A stretch of DNA of 64,000 bases from an uncultured virus (IMG/VR IMGVR_UViG_3300037418_000344). Taxonomy: Duplodnaviria; Heunggongvirae; Uroviricota; Caudoviricetes. The stretch lies in the IMG/VR virus record IMGVR_UViG_3300037418_000344; one strand, written 5' to 3'. A model generated the notes under the pieces. It was given only the letters and a program-made list of their open reading frames with translations. It made no database searches and was not told the origin of the DNA. A program made the position numbers and the translations under genes. Shown here piece by piece: positions 60,001-64,000 of the stretch; position 1 is the stretch's first letter, and every line of letters begins with the position of its first letter.

Positions 60001-62333
60001 TCAGCTTGGAGTGTGTCGATCTTCGCCTGTTCAACTTCACTTGCCATCTCTTTTTGGCGTACACCAACAGCCTTAACTGCATCCGGCAGATTGGTGTACG
60101 CATCAACTTGGGCTTGCACAGATTTGGTCTGCCTCTCAATCTGCTTGAGAATATTGTCTTGCTCTTTTTGTTGTTTTGCTTGTTCTGCTGCGTAATTAAC
60201 ATCAGGGACAAGATCATTCATCTTGCTCTTGACATCAATGTCGCTCATAACTTTATTCAGTTGTTTTTGAATGTTAGCACGTTTACTAGCAGCATCGTTC
60301 GCCAACCGGATGTCGTTGGTGTGGAAAGCATCAATTGCATCAAGTGCTTTTTGAAGATGGTCTTTCTCAAGTTGAAGTTCATCGTCAAGGAGCTTTTCTT
60401 TTTGGGCTTGAGCATCCTCATCCTCCATCAGGCCGTACTTGTTTTTAAAATCGATGAGCTTAATTTCGTTGTCCATTGCCCGCTTTTGGACTTCATACCT
60501 CTCATTGATTTCATTTACGGTTTTGTCAAGACCTGACATCCCCTCTGTATGGGGTTTCGGTGCAGCTTTAATGCTATCACGTTCAACCTGCTTACGCATC
60601 ATTTCGACACTTGCATCCGACAATACACCTTGCATCATCGCAGCATAGGCAGGATCGTTCCTAGCTTTCTCACGTTGTTGTGCAATCACATTATCGAAAC
60701 GTGCAAGACGTTGCTGAAGATTCTCTTCGCCTTTGGAACGTTCCATCAAGTTGCGTAGATAGACTTGCTGTTCATTAGCAAGGCGATCCATCGTCTTATT
60801 ATGGGCCTTATCCGCAGCGTCGTATTCGCCCTGAAGAATCGCGTTTTGAAGCTCTTTAATTTTCGCCTTGTCCTCGCGCACACCGAAGTCATTGTCACCT
60901 TTACCAAAGCTCTCAAGACGAGCAAGGTGATCTTGTGTCTCTTTGAGTTGATCTGTTAAACTTCCTTTGTGCAACAGGTTGTTCCAGAAGTTAGACGCTT
61001 TCTGTCCCATTGTGTCTAGAAGCGAACCTAATGATGTAAGCTGAGACTTCAATTCCTCAGCACGCTTCTTCTCTTCTCCAGCAAGAGCCGCAATAGCTAC
61101 GCGAGATGCCGCCGCATGCTCACCTTGACGTTCAAGCTGCATGATGTGGGCAAGCACTGTAGGCTCAAGGAAGTGCATTTGCTCATCAAGTTGCATGGCG
61201 GCGTTCGACACATCTTTGAAGCCTTTGTCAGTAATCTTCAGAGGATTTCCAGCCAGCTTCTCAAAAGCAGCTGCTGTCTTTTCAATAGACACACCTGCGT
61301 ACTTCTCCATACCAACAGCAGCTTCGGCAATGAGGTTAATTTGATCCGCAGTAAACTTGCCTGTGGAAGCAACAGCGATAACAGCCTCACGAGCCTTGCC
61401 GAATTCACCGTAAGCAGAGCCGATACGATTTGCCATCGTGTACAGTGCATCTCCTGTTGCCCCAGCAGAGTTCCCTGTCAGAATAACTTCTTTGTTCAAA
61501 TCTTTTAGAGCAGAAGCACTGTGCATGTACGTCATAATACCGGCAGCAAGTGCGACACCGACAGCCACGATGGCACCGAGCAACACACCGAACGATACAC
61601 CAAGCGCACTTGCTGCACTTCCCAGCGCCTTCCAAATTGCAGGCATTACATTGACACGCTCGCCCAACACAAGCAAGGAGCCGTAAAAACGATTAAGCTG
61701 CCCTGTAGCAAGTTCGTGAGTCAGGACCAGCAACTCACGAGACGTACCCGCTGTAGCAAGGCTCAATCCTTCATGAGCACCTTTAGCACTTTTAAGCTTG
61801 TTGATATATCCGTCAACTTGATCTGACACTCCAAGTTGGGCAGCACGCGAGCGTAATTGCTCTGCGTTATAATCTCGGATTTCTTTTGTGGTCATCCCTA
61901 TAGTGTCAGCTTGACGCTTCAATGTCGCCACAAACGCATCTACATCTCTGTTAATACTATTGGCAGCGGTTTGAGCTTGGCGCAGGGCTGCAGCTTCTTC
62001 TCGTGCCGCTGCGGCAGCATCTTTCCACCTCTGCACTTGCGACATCATGTCAATTTTTTCCATCTGCTCACGGATTTTAGCAGCCATTTTAGCTGCTTCG
62101 TCTTGTGCAGATGTAGCATTCCTGACACTACTTGTGAGTGCATTGAATCCTTGTACAGCTTGTTGGGCAGCATCAACTTGCACCTTAGCTGACGCTTGTG
62201 CACCGCTGCCAATATTGGATGTATTCTTCTCAGCTTTCTCGCCAGCAGTTGCAAGATCATTGAGTGCTTTTGTAGCATCAGCGATGCCTGTCGAATTAAC
62301 GACAATTGTTAGGCTTGAAGCTTCTAGGCTCAT
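57087..62333 (-). CDS. tail tape measure protein
   Basis: 1748 aa, Ala/Gln-rich helical protein; follows the chaperone pair; lambda-like LILTGNSAG.T segment. Confidence 0.92.
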   Translation of the reverse strand: MSLEASSLTIVVNSTGIADATKALNDLATAGEKAEKNTSNIGSGAQASAKVQVDAAQQAVQGFNALTSSVRNATSAQDEAAKMAAKIREQMEKIDMMSQVQRWKDAAAAAREEAAALRQAQTAANSINRDVDAFVATLKRQADTIGMTTKEIRDYNAEQLRSRAAQLGVSDQVDGYINKLKSAKGAHEGLSLATAGTSRELLVLTHELATGQLNRFYGSLLVLGERVNVMPAIWKALGSAASALGVSFGVLLGAIVAVGVALAAGIMTYMHSASALKDLNKEVILTGNSAGATGDALYTMANRIGSAYGEFGKAREAVIAVASTGKFTADQINLIAEAAVGMEKYAGVSIEKTAAAFEKLAGNPLKITDKGFKDVSNAAMQLDEQMHFLEPTVLAHIMQLERQGEHAAASRVAIAALAGEEKKRAEELKSQLTSLGSLLDTMGQKASNFWNNLLHKGSLTDQLKETQDHLARLESFGKGDNDFGVREDKAKIKELQNAILQGEYDAADKAHNKTMDRLANEQQVYLRNLMERSKGEENLQQRLARFDNVIAQQREKARNDPAYAAMMQGVLSDASVEMMRKQVERDSIKAAPKPHTEGMSGLDKTVNEINERYEVQKRAMDNEIKLIDFKNKYGLMEDEDAQAQKEKLLDDELQLEKDHLQKALDAIDAFHTNDIRLANDAASKRANIQKQLNKVMSDIDVKSKMNDLVPDVNYAAEQAKQQKEQDNILKQIERQTKSVQAQVDAYTNLPDAVKAVGVRQKEMASEVEQAKIDTLQAERDSLQSNDLIEQAMNGRRVAQIDKEIAARQKLKAVDVAKEANDKQNNDALNRSSALTKIATEQVKMWKDAGNEIEKSLKAAFGNSGKAAGEMFKVFAESQSQQIDLANQIRIVKEKDGLTDEERTRQITALQDSSAQSTIAMYGSIADAASGFFDKQSQGYKIATSISKAFHLAETAMALASIPAKLAAGAATMFAQSGWGGFAGVAAMTAAVAAFGVAVTGGGGGPISSEEQQRRQGTGTVLGAPTILDGVDVKLVGQKSDSIANSLKITEKNSGLGLVVQNDMLDALRKLDNSINSFAILAVQNSGLTGYTANNSKSFDNKTVNGLGAVGGALGGASLAAYAAIGMSFAFPVLGTIAGALIGAMVGHGIVGKALSSVFGGSKSVDDTGLTIGKTSLGQVETSGLTGQQYTNTTTSGGWFRSDSHDTSTQTLGTEFNNQITQVVLSMEDTLKTAAVGLGIGGDEFDKKLQSFVVDIGNISLKGMTGDEIQKTLQNVFSKLGDQMAQFAFSDLQKYQKIGEGLMETVVRVANDLQQVKDVFDSLSKTIPKAVDAISTSEALIEQFGSVDNLTKGVKSYINAIYTDQEKLMPIIKSVSTAMDGLGLSYVKTKEQFKQVVDSLDLTTEAGAKMFATLMNIAPAFAQTIDDTEKLANDARSALTDAYKRESDAIKETQDKMKSLVTTLKQLSSSSMLGDLSPLTPQQKYLEAKSQFETVAEKAQNGDKDAQDQFEASYTAFLEASKVANASGAQYQKDFVYAQKVTQQATEWAQKQVNVAQATLDALNKQVEGLIDVNDSLLTVSQAIANLITALKGTPKGDQVANQAASNAQSAIEKLYNDILHRASDAAGMQFWLDKISQGVSLTDIANAIANSPEAKGEIKPIGSTGSTQAITPVTATVSTGTQSVVHADVVAAINDLKATVAESNQATTNTLVGAVYDSQDNAANKIVSGTTTAITSTKVGTSYKIVER

Positions 62334-62334
62334 A

Positions 62335-62802
62335 TCACTCCCTTTGTTGTTGTCTCAAAAGTCTCATTTGTTCCATGAAGCCAATCGCCTTACCAATCTT
62401 GTCAACTTCATTTTCTTCCACCTCGGGGGTGTATGGTGCAGGACGCTTAGGGTCGCTTGCACGGCTGTATTCTGCGCAATACGCTTCGGACATTCGCTTT
62501 AAGAGTTCCCTTTCCCACAGCGTAATGTCTAACTCGTTCACATCAATAAATGCCTTAATTTCTAGCCAAGATAAAGGCATCAAGCCCATTCCTGATTGCA
62601 ACGCTTGCCCGGAAAGTGAAAAGATCGCGAGCAGATGACTCCACGGGCCGGGAATCTCCGGTAGTTGAATCTCTGTCGCGATCTCTATCAGGTTGCCATC
62701 TTCTTCACGTTGCCCAAGATGCTTACCTTGGGCCATTTCAAAACGGCTGTATTTTGATTTTTCAGGCGTGGCGCCTAAGAACGCAAGCTGTCTTGCGTAC
62801 AA
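62335..62802 (-). CDS. tail assembly chaperone, frameshift (gpGT-like) C-terminal part
   Basis: PLSWLEIKAF...WERELLKRMSEAY; no good own start; in -1 frame with the upstream gene. Confidence 0.8.
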   Translation of the reverse strand: MYARQLAFLGATPEKSKYSRFEMAQGKHLGQREEDGNLIEIATEIQLPEIPGPWSHLLAIFSLSGQALQSGMGLMPLSWLEIKAFIDVNELDITLWERELLKRMSEAYCAEYSRASDPKRPAPYTPEVEENEVDKIGKAIGFMEQMRLLRQQQRE

Positions 62803-62816
62803 TATAAATTGGGAAC

Positions 62817-63233
62817 TTAGACTTTCAAAAAACTTGCAGTGTCTCCGATTGCCTCATTAACTTGTTTCTTCACCCAATCGTACTTGGCGTCCGAGTACAG
62901 CTTACGGAATGCGTCAGGGTTGTCAACAGGCTCTCCATCCAGAGTGAGGTTATCAATCTTAACCGACAACGCAGTCAGAAATTCAACACTTTGTTCACGC
63001 ATTTCATCCGGCGTTGCTTCACGCTTTCCACGTTTAGCTGCCTTCTTCATCATTGCATCTACCGCCTTGCGGTAGGCGGCGCTAGCTTCACCTTTCACTG
63101 TCACTTGCACAGGCTTCGACTCCGGGTCTTCACCTTTTTTAACAGGGGCGAACAGCGGCATTTCAGTAACAGGGTGATTCAATTGGAAAGTGGTTTCATC
63201 CGACAGGGCCAGCGAATTAAGTTCAAAAGTCAT
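62817..63233 (-). CDS. tail assembly chaperone (gpG-like)
   Basis: 138 aa upstream of the tape measure; AAGGA RBS; slippery site at 3' end. Confidence 0.8.
   Translation of the reverse strand: MTFELNSLALSDETTFQLNHPVTEMPLFAPVKKGEDPESKPVQVTVKGEASAAYRKAVDAMMKKAAKRGKREATPDEMREQSVEFLTALSVKIDNLTLDGEPVDNPDAFRKLYSDAKYDWVKKQVNEAIGDTASFLKV
62826..62832 (-). promoter_or_regulatory. programmed -1 frameshift site
   Basis: T TTT TTG; -1 frame reads FESLSSQFILYAR into the downstream ORF. Confidence 0.8.
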
Positions 63234-63254
63234 GGTAGAGTTCCTTTAGTTATG

Positions 63255-64000
63255 TTATGCTGCTTGTGCAGCTTGGTTGTTAGAGCTATATTGCTCTTTG
63301 GATTGTTGTGAAATTAGTTGTTCGATACGGTTTAGGAGGGATGCTAGGTTTACGTCGTAGAAGCATTCTCGCCATCCGTCAAACGGCATTAAAGGTTGAA
63401 TGTATTGAGATTTTAACTCTTGTAATATTAGAGTTTCGGTTTTACGCGCTCGCCAACCTTCGACAAAACTGTATGTCTTTAATACTTTCAAATCTTTACC
63501 TGAATATCTTGCGACTGTTTTGCAGCGCTTCTCCGGGTTGTTATTTGTAATTCCAATTTTCGTCATATCCCCGTCTGTAAGAACATATAGAAAACCTTTT
63601 TGTGAGCCTTTGAATCCAGATACCGAACAATACGGACAACCTCGTCCTGAAAGATGAGAACCGGGCGCCTGCCAAAAACTTTCGTGCTCTGGACAAATTA
63701 TCTCAACCTTTACTTCAGAATTTTTGTACACGACCTTGTGGTATTGATACCTATTACCATGCACATCATTGGCATCTTGGATAAAATTCTCCAAGGTTTT
63801 TCTACATCTATCACCTTGTTCCTTGAGGTTACACTTCGGGCAACCTGCACGATTGGCGGTATGGTTGTGGAATGACTGAGAAAACCACCCATGCTCATAG
63901 CAAAAGATATCAATTTTAGAATTCTTGTTCGTGTAACCAAGAGGTTCTTTGTACACGTACCTGTCACCATGCGCTTGCCTGATTTCTTCCCGTGCAACGT
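63255..64000 (-). CDS. zinc-finger repeat + GIY-YIG-like homing endonuclease (5' end outside the window)
   Basis: Repeats HG.RY.Y...I.C.EH..F.Q....H....GCP.C then FLYVL...TKIGIT; frame is open to the window edge. Confidence 0.8.
   Translation of the reverse strand, partial: VAREEIRQAHGDRYVYKEPLGYTNKNSKIDIFCYEHGWFSQSFHNHTANRAGCPKCNLKEQGDRCRKTLENFIQDANDVHGNRYQYHKVVYKNSEVKVEIICPEHESFWQAPGSHLSGRGCPYCSVSGFKGSQKGFLYVLTDGDMTKIGITNNNPEKRCKTVARYSGKDLKVLKTYSFVEGWRARKTETLILQELKSQYIQPLMPFDGWRECFYDVNLASLLNRIEQLISQQSKEQYSSNNQAAQAA

Overview
A 64-kb segment of a tailed dsDNA phage genome with siphovirus-type tail genes. No integrase, capsid or terminase genes fall inside the window. The layout has three arms. 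(1) 1-17.3 kb: a leftward early or host-takeover arm of small ORFs driven by about a dozen sigma70-type promoters. It also holds a cop/rep-like module with an iteron array, a tRNA/tmRNA-like RNA, a GC-rich imported patch and a ~600-nt hairpin-rich non-coding region. (2) 17.4-47.2 kb: a rightward replication and nucleotide-metabolism arm with a SleB-like hydrolase, nucleotidyltransferase-like proteins, ThyX, T7-like primase-helicase, family A DNA polymerase, putative SSB, exonucleases, MazG-like protein, NrdA/NrdB, glutaredoxin and several free-standing HNH/GIY-YIG-like endonucleases. (3) 47.3-64 kb: a leftward tail and lysis arm with tail chaperones joined by a -1 frameshift, tape measure, tail-tip proteins, a 1666-aa fibre ending in a Hint domain, a GH19 endolysin and holin-like genes. 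The host is probably Gram-negative, possibly a betaproteobacterium (weak inference). Top candidates for undescribed biology: three tandem paralogues ending W-N-x-S-x(1-3)-C next to a nucleotidyltransferase; a large structured antisense ncRNA; a twice-occurring promoter + 'SFDYQ' protein + endonuclease cassette; the Hint-terminated tail fibre; a mini tmRNA-like RNA; and a PEP-CTERM mimic. All calls come from reading motifs by eye; no searches were run.
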